DNA from: Sphyrna mokarran
Lineage: Eukaryota
Assembly: GCA_024679065.1 (NCBI GenBank)
Contig: JAGIQG010000009.1
Location: forward strand, 55,490,001-55,554,000
Direction of reading: 5' to 3'
DNA: 64,000 bases
The first letter of the stretch is position 1. The number at the start of each line of letters is the position of its first letter. Positions 11,800 through 24,261 of the stretch are shown here, one piece after another. The translations under genes were made by a program, and so were the position numbers. The notes beneath the pieces were generated by a model. That model had not been told where the DNA came from, did no database searches, and worked only from the letters and a program-made list of their open reading frames with translations.

Positions 11800-13310
11800 A
11801 ATTTTTTTTTTTATTTGAGACATGGCTGTCACTGGCTGGTCAGCATTTATTGCCCATCTCTGGTTGCTCTTGAGAAGGTGGTGATGAGCCGCCGTCTTGA
11901 ATTGTTGCAGTCCATGTTCTGTGGATTGACCCACAATGCCATTAGGGAGGGAATTCCAGGATATTAACCCAGTGACCATGAAGGAACAGTGATACGTTTC
12001 CAAGTCAGCGTGGTGAGTGACTTGAAGAGGAACTTGAAATTGGTAGTCTTCCTATTTATCAGCTGCCCTTGTCCTTCTAGGTGGAAGTGGTCATGGGTTT
12101 GGATGGTGCTGTCTTAAGATCTCTGAATTGCTGCATCTTGTAGACAGTACACACTGCTGCTACTGAACGTCAGTGCTGGAGAGATTTGAATGTTTGTGCA
12201 TGTGATGCCAATCAAGCAGCCTGCTTTGCCCTGGATGGTGAAATGTTGGAACTGCACCAACTATCCAGGCACATGGTGAGAATCACACTCCTGACTTGTG
12301 CCTTGTAGATGGTGCACAGGCTCTGGGGACTCAGCAGGTGAGTTACTCACCATAGTATTCCTAGTCTCCTGACCTGCTTTTGTAGCCACTGTGTTTGTGA
12401 TGAGTCCAGTTGAGTTTTTGATCAATGGTAACCCCAAGGATATTGACAGTGGGGGATTCAATGATGGTCACACCAATGGATATCAAAGGGCAGTGATTAG
12501 AGTATCTCTTATTAGTAATGTTTCTTGCCTGGCACTTGTCAGTCCAAGCCTGGATATTGTCCAGATCTTGTTGTATTTGAACATTGTCTGTTTCAGTATC
12601 TGAGGAGTCATGAATGATGCTGAACATTATGCAATCATTGGCAGACATCCCCACTTCTAACCTTATGACGAGAGAATGATGAAGCAGCTGAAGATTGTTG
12701 GGCCTAGGGGACTAGCCTGAGGAACTCTTGCAAAGATATTGTGGAGCTGGGATTACTGACTCTCCACAACCACAACCACCATCTTATGTACCAAGTATGA
12801 TATCCTGAAGAGTTTGGCCCCTGATACCCATTGATTCCAGTTTTGGTAGGGCTCCTTGATGCTGCACTAAATCAAATGCAGCCTTGATGTCAAGGGCTGT
12901 CACACTCACCTCACCTCTGGAATTCAGCTCTTTTGTCCATTTGAACCAAGGCTGTAATGAGGTCAGGGGCTGAGTGAGCCAGGCAAAACCCAAACTGGGG
13001 GGGTCACTGAGGAGGTTATTGCTGATCAGCTGCTGCCTAATAGCACTGATGATGACCCCTTCCATCATTTTACTGGTCAGAGAGTCGACTGTGATAATTG
13101 GTCGAGTTGAACTTGTCCTGCTTTTTGTTTCCAGGACATACCTGGGCAATTTCTAACATTGTTAGATGCCAATATTGTACTGGGAGAACTTGATTAGAAG
13201 AGCGGCAAGTTCTGGAGCACAAGTCAACAGTGCTATTGCCAAAATGTTATCAGAGTCCATTGCCTTTGCTGTATCCAGTAGCTCCAATCATTTCTTGATA
13301 TCATATGGAG
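11800..13310 (-). mobile_element. 5'-truncated, internally deleted non-LTR retrotransposon (Jockey-group / CR1-Zenon-like RT)
   Basis: TALDIKAAFDLVQHQG, IQQDLDNIQAW, NILGVTIDQKLNW, WNSLPNGIV; 3' AATAAA and A-rich tail. Confidence 0.85.
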
Positions 13311-13974
13311 TGATATCTGAATTGAAGGGCAAACTCACATGGGACCTGATAATATCCATGAATTATGAAACAATATAACAAGATATATTGACCATATCAT
13401 TAGATCTTTACTTGAGTAATAATGTTAAATGAATGGAGGTTGGCATGTATGTACACTTTAATTCTTCTATATGGAAAAACTAATGATCTATTGTGGACAA
13501 AATTATGACATTTATTTTGAATCTTCAGACAGAAAGTGTTGGATGAAATGAAAGAACTTTGTTGCATTTTTGTGTTATTTGTTGGTGCTCATCATAAAAT
13601 AGAAGTATATTTCTTGACTGCATTTCAAAGTTGAGCTGGATTAAGTTCAGACAGTCACAGGCTGTTTTCCAAATATTACAATAAATGGCATTCTAGTACA
13701 TAGGAGGTTCTTAGCAGAAATAATGTTGTTTAATAGTGGTCAACTACAAACTTCAGAATTAATAATTTAAACAATATAAAAATAATTTAAATATGACAGG
13801 ATCTGACATACTAGTACTACAGTTTCTCAATGCTTTCGTTCCAATCTGGAAGTTTAGTAACATGCATCCTGTCCAAAATGGATCTCAATTTTTTTTTTTT
13901 TTTGTGTGGACATCATCTTAACGAAGTAACTCAGTGTAATTTTTAAGTATATTTTTGTATAAAAATGGTGATCA

Positions 13975-14090
13975 TTAAAATGGAAAATGCTGGATAAACT
14001 TAGTGGGTCTGGCAGCATCTGTGGTGAGAAACAATTAACACTTTGGAACTAAATGACCCTTCCAGCTTCCACAGTATTTTTCTTTTATTT
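13975..14090. mobile_element. Penelope-type terminal-repeat remnant
   Basis: aaaatgctggataaacttagtgggtctggcagcatctgtgg, same family as the arms of the 31177-31354 palindrome. Confidence 0.55.
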
Positions 14091-15798
14091 GATCATATAA
14101 CTATTTGCTGTCTGTAAGAATATGCAGTTGCGTTTTGGTTGCATGGCAATATGTATGATTGGAGTTTCTGAAAAGTTGCTGATAGATTCATGTTAACCAT
14201 AATAATCATAAGATAAGGCAGCTAATTTTGACTCTCATGCTTCACATTGTTTGTAGCCTTTTCCCCTGTTTTTAATTACATAGTTAACATATTGTTCTTA
14301 AAATATTTTTAGTGTTCTAATATTAAATCCCTGAGGCTGATTGGCCAATGCCAGGGACAGTCGTTTATGTACATTCTGTTTGAACCGTGTCTGTTGATCT
14401 ATGCACAGTTTCTTCCACTGCTGGCATCATTTGTTGTGTACCTGTCAGCTGGTGCCAGTACTGGTTTGCACATTATTATGTTGTTTGCAGTTTCCAGTTG
14501 AAGTTGGAGTTTCATCTGCCCCAGTTGCAGTTATCTAAGACGTTACTTTATAGCCACAGCAATTGTGTATTGAGAAGTGTGCTCTCTACAGTTGTCACCG
14601 AACTCCACCATTTAAAAATGTTATCCTATGTGCTAAGAGATTGATTTGCTCAGTCACTGTACTCTCAACGAAAATTTTCTATATTCAGGACAGATGCAGA
14701 AGGTTTGGCACTTCTCTTCAGTCCAATTACTTTTGGCAATTAGCTCTTGCATCTCAGACTACTCGACTTCCTTTCTGTGCAGTTACAATATGACCCATAT
14801 TTTGCCTTCACTACACATACATTGATGAAATAATCTGATTGTCAGCTTTTGATGACTGTGTTCCTGCAGGTTTCATCATCTGGCTTCCTGCCTCCAACTT
14901 GGTCATTAAAAAAAAATCTGAGAATAACGTAGCAAACTTAAAGCATAGAGGAAGAGAACTGTACAACATCTTTAAAAAGTTTGTGAAAATAAATTGGAAA
15001 TGAATAGAAGAAAGCTGATAGAGATGATTTTATGAAAAGCGGTAGGCAGAAAAGTGCAGCCACAATGATATCCAGGGAATTGTAACTTGCATATTTGCAG
15101 TCTACTGTGTGGGAGAAAGGAAATGCATGACAGATAAAGCTGTCAGTATTTTTCAGCATTCAGCACAGTCTACAAAATATTGAGACACTTCCTGAAACCT
15201 TCTGTCCTAAAATTATACCAATTACTCAGAGAGACAGTAACACAGAAAAATTATTTCATTGGTATCCTTAGAACAATTACAAATTTCAGAACTGTTCAGA
15301 CATAATGCTGACAGCACATACACCCAGACAGATGGAAATTTACTAACATTGCACGACCCTTGGATCTACTCATTTATTCCAATGTGGCAAACCTATGTTA
15401 AAGGCCATTCATTATTGCATTCTCATTAATTGGTTGTGTTCTTAGAAGGTGCCAGAATGATGTTGACTACAGGCACTTGTTGCTCTTAAGTTGGGGAATT
15501 GAAACAAGGCTGACTATTTTTCACATTCTCCATAGTCAACAGAAAAATCCTATGAGTTCAATTCAATCTGTAAAAATGAACAGATGATAGCCCAACAACC
15601 ACGGAAGGCTTTAAATGATAATTGATCCTGATTGAAAAGCCTGAATCTGTTGAACTTGTGAAAGCATATAGAATAGGTTAGTACAACTGAAATAATAATC
15701 AGTGCATGCTTAGTTTTCCTTCAGTTTTATATTGGTGCAATATTCCTAAAATACAAACTGTCTTACAGTCACTTGGAAGGTCATGAGGTGAAGTGCTT

Positions 15799-16105
15799 TG
15801 GGGTGGCTCAGTGGTTAGCACTGCTGCCTCTCAGTAACTGGGATCAGTGTTCAATTCCAGCCTCGGGTCAGTGTCTGTGCAGACTTTGCATGGGTTTGCT
15901 CCGGGTGCTCCAGTTTCCTCCCACAGTCCAAAGATATGTGGGTTGGGTTGATTAGCCGTGCTAAATTAACTATGATGTCAGGGGGATTAGTAGCGTAAAT
16001 ATGAGAGGTTACAGGAATTAGAGCCTGGGTGGGATTGTTATTGGTGCAGACTTGATGGACTAAATGATTGTCTTCTACACTGTAGGGATTCTATTCTATG
16101 ATTCT
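15799..16105 (+). mobile_element. HE1-type SINE
   Basis: tggctcagtggttagcac A-box, gttcaattcc B-box, V-domain, gggattctattctatgattct tail. Confidence 0.9.
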
Positions 16106-17129
16106 ACTTACTTCTAAGCCATTGTTCAAACAAATGCCTCCTTTTCTTGATCATAAATGGAAATCAGCTGTAAGTTGTCAACAACTGTCATTGTATAAAG
16201 GGAGTTATTTTGTCAGTGCTGTACTCCTGAATACAGTAAAGCACCTTCCTTTCAATTTTTAAATCTTCCTTGCTGAAAAAGTGCTTTTGTATAATTCAAT
16301 AAATAATTGAATGCTCCGTATATCTGTTGTATAAATTAGGAACCAACCTCTTAGATCCACTGTTCATTGTCCAATCTGCTTTTTTTAGAGCTGCCAGCTT
16401 GCTGGTTTCTCCTCCCTATGCTGATGATTACAAATGGGTTTAACTAGAAAAATAATTAACAGGGAAACTAATTTTGGAAGTAAAACAATTTATACCATGG
16501 CCCATTCATGCACCATCCCTATACTCACTCAGCTCCCAGCTCATCAATACCAAGTATTTTAAATTCTCATTCTTGAGTTCAAAATCCTCTTTTAACTTAA
16601 GTTTTACCAGTCAAACCCTCTCTCCTTACCCCTCATGGCCAAGGACTTTTATACTCTTTTGAACTTGTGCAAATGCCACTTCCTTCATTCTGCCCTTGAT
16701 AGTATATCTTCAACTGCCTAGAACCTAAACCCAGGAATTCTCTCCCTGAATTACTCCATCTCAAACAAAAAATCGTTTTGTTCAATATCACTCTTTTATG
16801 ATTTAAAAGAATTTGTGGAATGTGCTTTAACAGAAAGCTGATACTCCTGAGAGCAGGTGTAGGAGCTAACTTAACTGGTTAAAACTGAAGAGATTGATGT
16901 TGCCTCATGTGCAGTTGGCACTACAAGATACACAGACAAATGCTTATGTGTCTTTACGCATTCTAGAGTGAATGTTTAAAAAATTATGGCTGCAACTCAC
17001 TTATCCGAATCAACTCTAAGTGCCCAAGTCTCTGGAAAATCCAAAATCTTTCCCACAGATGTTAGCAAATAGCTATGAGGTGTTGGGTTCTCCTGCCTGA
17101 TTAATGCAAATTTATGTAAAAGTGCGAAA

Positions 17130-17155
17130 CCCCCCCCCCCCCCCCCCCCCCCCCC
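17130..17155. repeat. Poly-C homopolymer (26 nt)
   Basis: Directly visible. Confidence 0.95.
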
Positions 17156-17494
17156 ACCAGCCCAGCTTTACAGAAATGGAGGTATATTTGAAAAGGACAT
17201 CCTGATCTCTGGAAATGGTGAGGGGCCTCCGCCCCTCCTGCTGACCGAGGCATCACCAAAACCTAAAGACTATCCTCCCCCTACTGTGGGGAAAAAAACT
17301 TGTCACCCCCCTCTCCCATGCAATCATGAGTGAAACCTCACCTCCCACAGCCATGCTCTTCCCAAGCCTGAAGCCTGGATAGCTGCGCTCTCCCCCCAAT
17401 ACCAGAGACACTCCCAGATGGAACCCTAGTGCCAACCTTGCACTGACTTTGCCACTCTGGCAGTGACATCCTAACCTGGCTCCTTGTACTTCAA

Positions 17495-18705
17495 CAGAGG
17501 CCAAGGAAATAAATGCAGTGACCACGTACCTCTTTGCTGCTGTTTGGCTGCAGAGGAATTGTCTCCGATAAGTCCTGGGGGGAGGTTGGGTGAGGGGTTG
17601 AACTGTGCACTCTCCCCTGGGCTTGGGGTCTTGTAACTAGATTGCCCCTTCTAACCCTGGGAAACCTGAACATCACTCTTCATGTAGTGATTTCAGGCAC
17701 CTCTCTGATAAGTCTTCATTCTGTGAAAACTTTGAAGTGGCCTGGTCACTTTTTTAATCTCCATCCCTGCAGATACCTGGATGGCTTCCAAACATAGGAA
17801 TTTTCCATTTTGCAGAATGGATTGCTCTGTCTCTCTGTCTGTGTGTGTCTCTGTCTGTGTGTCTGTGTCAGTCAGTCTGTCTGTCTGTCTTTCTCTGTGT
17901 GCGTGTGTGTGTCTCTCTCTCTGTCTGTGTCTGTGTGTGCGTGTCTCTCTCTCTCTCTGTCTGTCTGTGTCTGTCTCAGAAGCTACATATGTGGGAAGAC
18001 CCTGATTAAGTCCTATGACTGACAGAAGTCACTTTCATCAGGGCATTTCCATTCTCTACAGTTAGCCCTTTTTTCTTAACACTGCATTTATTCCTAATCT
18101 CTGAGCCTTCCTAAAAAGCATAAATCCTTGCTTTTCTTTGAAAACATTTGCTTTCATTCAATTTCATAGTGCAATCTAACAAGTCTTTAATTAACAGTCT
18201 AATGTTTTTTTCACTACATGCAGTGCTTACCTTACCCTTTGTGGTTGAATGCATCTGAATTACCACTTATTATTCCTGACTGCAAAGGAGGAACTGAGAA
18301 CACTTGGCTGCTTTGAACTTCAAAATAAGTTCTCCTGTCAGTCAAAAGACTTGAATGGAGACTTTTCAGCTGCAGTTTCTGAGAGAGAGAAAGGAGAATC
18401 CCTTTTAGTGAATGGAGTGCTGCTGTGACTTAAACTTATCAGGTGTTCAGAAAGCATGGACATGAAAGTGATACAGAATAAAGGTTTTTGATCAGAGAGA
18501 TGTCTAAAATCACCATGCCACATGTGATGTTCAGGTTTCACAGTGCTCAAAAGAGCAGTCTAGTCACAAGTTCCCCATGCTGGCAGAGCCTGAGCCCATC
18601 CTAACCCAGTCTGAGTTCACTCTACCCCAGAATCCTTGGCACCCTGTCTCTGCAGCCTGGCAGTGGCAGCCCATGAGGGCATTGCATTTACTTCCTTGAG
18701 ACCTT
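17495..18705. repeat. Diverged long inverted repeat (arms ~17495-17735 and ~18462-18705)
   Basis: ggccaaggaaataaatgcagtg pairs with cattgcatttacttccttg; gaaacctgaacatcac pairs with gtgatgttcaggtttc. Confidence 0.75.
17825..17976. repeat. Compound (CT)n/(GT)n/(CTGT)n microsatellite
   Basis: Directly visible. Confidence 0.95.
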
Positions 18706-20760
18706 CTCCCTACCCCTTCCCAGCCTCTCTTCCACCCCCCCTCCTCCCACCACCACCCCCACCACCAAAGATCACCGCAACCAAGTCCATGATGCTCAAG
18801 ATCTGCACCCAAAGCCCACCTGGTGCAGATCCCACTGGGGAGGTGGGTGAATGATGGGAGAGCTTTGAATCAAGCTTCAAGCCTTCCAATTGCATTCATG
18901 TTGACAGTTCTACATAATCAACAGGTTCCTGCCCAGGGCCAGAAGAGCAATGGCAATGGGTTTAATGCTCCTTTGAAACTCCATCTAATCTGGGTCCCCA
19001 GGACACTAGCTGAGTTTCTGGATTAATAGCCTAGCGGAAATACCACTAGGCCATCACCTTCCTGGTCCTACAAGCGTAACCTCTAAAATGGGTGCCTGCA
19101 GGTTGGGCTTTCATTCCAGGGCTATGGAGTGGATGGACAGTCAGGCTCAGTATCTCCAGAATGAATGTGAAGAGAGGTGGCAGAAGGCCTGCCCATGTGC
19201 TGAACTAATTTTTTAAAAAAGAAACAAGAAACAGTACTCCATTCTTCACCCACCTATCCCCCACCGCATATACTCCCATGAGCATCTATGCCAACCTTTT
19301 CCAACCCAAGCTCTACTCATTTCCCCCTTGCCCCAAATAACACTCTATGCCCTCATATCTTTATAACTTCTCTAATTTAGTGCTAAGTCATGCCATCCCA
19401 TGTCCTCCATCCACCAACTTCTTCCCTTACCTGCTGCATGCCAGCTAGTATCCTTTGAGACAGTTCCTTAACAGCTTTAACAATTCTTTGACAGCTTGAT
19501 AATTGCTTGACAGCTTGAAAGTTCCAATGAGTTTATGTACTTTTTTGTGCACAATTAGGTTTACCTTTAATAGTCCCAAAGGGTGTATTAATTCCCCCAT
19601 AAGGTCTCCTGGGACATATCCAAAGGATAACTTGCAGCTACAAAGGCTATCCTGGCTATCCAAACACGTCCACCAAGTTCAAACCACCTCTTATCTTGTC
19701 TAATCTGCGCACGCTCTGTTTTGCAAGCTGGCTGGCCCAAAATCTCTCATCGGTGGAAGGAGGTAGTGATTTAAATAGTTAATTGTCTCTGTAAATGATA
19801 CATGCTTGATTCTGGTCTGACTTCACTCCTGCTCCTGCAAAAATACAATATGCCATGTTTGGGAGTGAATCCTAGGATATGTGGGAAATTCGGATCACTA
19901 TGTTATCATGGTTAATAAAATGCTTGTGCAAATGGTCTGCTGTTCCTGTATCCTCTCTCCTAGTTTTTTTTCCTGTTTCTCAAACATTCTGTGTCCTATC
20001 TCTATCTATGGCTAGTCTATATTGATATCTCTCTCTCTCTCTCTCTTAAATGCTCGTGTATCTCTGAATTTGCCTGAAAGTGTTTTAAAATGTGCAATTC
20101 AAGTAAATAGTTCTCTTGTTGGAATGTGGCTTAAGGGTAGTCCAAAGCTTAATCTTTATGTAGTATTTGGTTTTTAAAAAAAGAAACTCATTACTACCAT
20201 TAGCTTTCAATTTGATTTCCTTGACAGCTTTTTCTTCAGATATAGGTTGAATTGAATCAGGGGTTTTCTATCAGATTCTAGCCTGTTGAGAATTGTAGCA
20301 TCAGTAATGTAAACGATACCACACAATCATGCATGTGCTGTCTCTTTGAAAGAACTATTCAATTAGCTGTACACTCTGCTCTTTCCCCATAACTTTGTAA
20401 ATATTCATCTTTCAAGTATTTATTCAATTTCCATTTTGAAATTCTTAGTGAATCTGCTTTTACCACCCTTTCAGACAGTGCATTCCCATTCATTAAAAGT
20501 GAAATCTCTACACCCAACTGATTGCCTGATGAACAATACAAACTCAAACCCTAGGCTGCTATACACGTTTAAACATTTTAAAACATGTTGTTTAGACAAA
20601 TGTTTTGGAGTATTTACTCTATTTTTCTTGACATTCCTATAAGTAAACTCTTGTACCAACCACAGTGTGCCTTCAGTCTTTGCAAAAATAGCAAGATATG
20701 TGGATTGAAGAGCAAGAATTTATCTCAGCATTTTGGTTTCTTGTATATACCATGGTGGGG

Positions 20761-21725
20761 TGTGATATGATACTGTACCTTTAAAAAATATATTTGTGCA
20801 AATGCTTGTGCAAATGATCTATTGTTCCTGTACTCACTCCTAGTTTTCTCTAATCATGTTTCTCAATCTTTCTGGGCCATATCTCTATGGTTAATCTTTT
20901 TCTCTCTCTTTAAATGGACATTTGCCTGTTGCTTCTTATGAAGGGATTGTTATATTTCAATTCTGATTACGGTACCAATTGTCTGCAACTGGTAGCCTGT
21001 ATGCTGATAAGTATTGGAGTGTTTGTTTTAATGCAGTATTTTTATTCTTAGGATTGTTCTCTGGAATTTCTGACTGGTGTTCGTTATTTTGATAGGAAGA
21101 AAATCACAAGTGGATGGAGCTAGGCTTACAGAGCAGGCAGTTACAGATTGAATTTGAAAAGATCAATAGTTTTTGTCTCTCCATTCCTCTTTCTAGAATT
21201 TCTTATCTAGGACAAATCTTGGACCTCCTAGAAAGAGGTATGTCTCTGCAGAGTTCTGCAAAGGTATTTTCTCCCCTTTTATCCCTGGAATTCTGCTGTG
21301 TGAAGACAGGTTTTCCTTTAGAAGCTGAGAGTCAGAAGATGGATCTCTCTCTGTATCTCTGTTCAGAGAGGTTAAAAAATTGATGGATTGGGAATTCACA
21401 TAAGTCGGTGTGTCTCGCTAACTGACCCTGAATGAGAATTTACATCTGTTGGGTTATTGTCTAAATTAGAACTAATAGATATGGCTAGCAATTAAGAATT
21501 ACATCTTGTCATGTTTAAGTATTTCAATTAAAAGCTATGCTAATTATTTTTGTTGTATTTTAACTGTGTTAAATAAAGTTTGCTTTAATAAAAGCTTCTT
21601 CCTTGTCGATAGAATCATATCTGGAGTGGAACACCTTATGTTAATACTAATGCTAAAATTAAAAGTAATTAGGGTCTAGGTTAACTTCACAATATACCTT
21701 GGAGTTTCTCATCTGGTCTGTAACA
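20761..21725 (+). mobile_element. Probable solo LTR (Gypsy-like)
   Basis: TGTGA start, TAACA end, AATAAA near 21572; 3' end (ttggagtttctcatctggtctgtaaca) resembles that of the LTR at 29704-30480; no clear TSD. Confidence 0.55.
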
Positions 21726-22324
21726 GTGATTGTCATGAAGTTGGTAAGCATGAGAACATACACTGGTCATGTTATCAACAATGAAATCAATTTATTGAGC
21801 AGGCATGAAATAAAAGAACAGAACTTAGCTTAAACATTTAGTTACAGTAACTACTACAACAAAAATGAATCCCCTGCGTTAAAAGCCAGGGAAACACTAG
21901 AAATGCAGTGGTTTTGATTCCACAGTATGAACTTTTTCAACTAGTTTCATGCCTCTGCCAGTTTCACATTGAATGCAAGAAAGGCAGCACTAAGATAGTG
22001 CCTGGCCCAAAGAGCTTCCTATTGAACAGAATATTACAGAATATTTTTTGTGTGAAAATCTGTAATTTTATTACGTCTGCTAAAAAAAAATTGCAGTCTT
22101 GAGTGCTGCTGTTGTGGACAAAGCACCACCAGTAAATAACATTTATTTTTCAAGAAGAAATTTTTTTTAAATTTCCTGCCACAGAATTACTCATTCAGCT
22201 TGTCCTGTCTGTGCAGGAAATCTCTTCACTAATATTTCCACAGAATCATCAATATTAGTACTATCCCCACACATCCTTACTTCCACCACACCCCCAGCAA
22301 ATATTTATTGGATGTGGATAATAG

Positions 22325-23105
22325 TAGTGTAACATAATAAATGCGAAGTTATTCACTTTAGAAGCAAAAACAAGAAGGCAGACTATATCTGAATGACTGA
22401 CTGCACACTCCCCTCTCCCAATTTACAATGGGACCTGGGTGTCATTGTGCAACAGTCAGCATGCACATGCAGCAGGGGGTAAAGAAGGCAAATGGCATGT
22501 TGGCCTTCACTGCGACGGGTTTTGAGTACAGGAGGAGGGATGTGTTGGTGCAACTATACAGGGCCTTGGTGATGCCACACCTAGAGGTATTGTGTGCAGC
22601 TTTGGTCTCCTTTTGTGAGGAAGGATGTTCTTGCTCTCGAGGCAGTGTAGACTGATTCCAGAGATAACGGGACTGATGTATGAGGAGAGATTGACTTCGT
22701 TAGCACTGTTTTTGCTGGACTTCAGATGACTAAGGGGTTGTCTCATAGAGACTTAAAGTTCTAACAGAACTAGACAAGGTAGATGCAAGGAGGATGTTCC
22801 TGATGGTGGGGTCCATAACCAGGGTCACAGTCTGAGAATTCAGGATAGACCATTTAGGACAGAGGTGAGGAAACGTTTCTTCACTTGAACAGTGATGAGC
22901 CTGTGGAATTCGTTATCAAAGGGAGTAGTTGATGCCAAAATATTGTATGTATTCAAGCTGCTGTTGGACGTAGCACTTGAGGCAAGTGGGATCAAAGGCT
23001 TTGGGAAGAAAATAGGATTAGGCTATTGAGTTGGATGATCAGCCATGATCGTAATAAATAGTGGAGCAGGCCAAATGGCCTCCTCCTGCTCCTTTCTTCT
23101 ATGTT
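22325..23105 (+). mobile_element. CR1 LINE 3' fragment
   Basis: VKKANGMLAF...FEYRRRDVLVQLYRALV.PHLE; tail gccaaatggcctcctcctgctcct...ctatg. Confidence 0.9.
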
Positions 23106-23519
23106 TTCCAATCATTTACCTTCCCTCACATCCTAACATGGGGTCATAATTAAAACATCAATGAATACAATCAAAGAATGGAGATATGAAACATGCTTCT
23201 ATGAGCAATATTGTATCTTCCAGTGTTTAGATTTTAGACCAGGAAAGATACGGGTGTAACTGGACACCAGTCACAAATTACTGCTTGCAATTTGATCCAG
23301 TCATTAACAGAAGGCTGGGGGACAGGCAGATCAAAATTCAAGCTCCGCAGAGATGGTTATCAATCTAGAGAGACACTGCAGGCACAACCCACCTGCAGCA
23401 CGGTTCTAATGCTGCCATCATTCAGGCAATGAATGCATTGTGTCAACAGTTTAGAAGATACAAGCATCCCCAGGTTTGGACAATGCATAGCATTACCAGC
23501 CACCAGAAGATAACATTTT

Positions 23520-23660
23520 AAAGTTTATTTATTATTGTCACAAGTAGACTTACATTAACATTACAATGAAGTTACTGTGAAATCCCCTTGGCCTGTTAGG
23601 GTTCATTGAGAGAGAATTTAGCATGATCAATACACCTAACCTGCTCGTCTTTCTGACTGT
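23520..23660 (-). mobile_element. SINE 3' fragment (V-SINE with an alternative tail)
   Basis: aatttagcatgatcaatacacctaacc is the reverse complement of the V-domain end; A-rich tail. Confidence 0.55.
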
Positions 23661-24261
23661 GATGGTGGTGATAATATGAAGCTAATGTTACAGATGCACT
23701 AATGTTAATACACATGACCATATAAATAACTTATCCAGTTTATTGACTGGAACAGAATTGGTTAGTTATTTTGTTTTGCTGAGGAGCAACTGAATGAAGT
23801 TATTACTGGTCAGTAATAACTGAGCTATTACTGGTCAGTATGGACAGATGCCTAATTGACAGAGTGCCACATGCAAACCTGAAATTTGGTTGAAAGCTGA
23901 GCAGAACTTCAAGCTGCTAGCTAGTGAACATTAAAATACACTATCTTATGTAAAATACACTTTAATTTTTTTCCAGGAGAGTCCTGTTAAAAGCAGTTAC
24001 ATCTATAGTGTAATTTGAATGAGTACAGCAGAGCAATATTTTATGCAAAAGTTTCCGAACCAGCTATTTAGTTGTTATTCACTTATCAAAAAGTCATTAA
24101 CTTTTTAATCAGTGCTGGGTGAAAATCTAAATGGAAAAATAAATAGCACCGATTATGTAGGTATAAAGGAAAGCTATTTTAACATGTTTTACTAAAACTC
24201 AGATTTTACAGCCTCAAGGTTAACTTTTATGTATGTTTGTCTATATATGATGCTCAAGGAT

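Noticed and set aside
17130-17155. G-quadruplex-forming poly-G on the minus strand
   Set aside because: A simple homopolymer of unreliable length with no contextual evidence of function
17781-18022. ORFs rich in SV/CL repeats
   Set aside because: Translation of a microsatellite
1-23500. Additional host gene (e.g. PRG4 or TPR exons) in the left part of the window
   Set aside because: No recognisable exon translations; the short ORFs are TE fragments or chance
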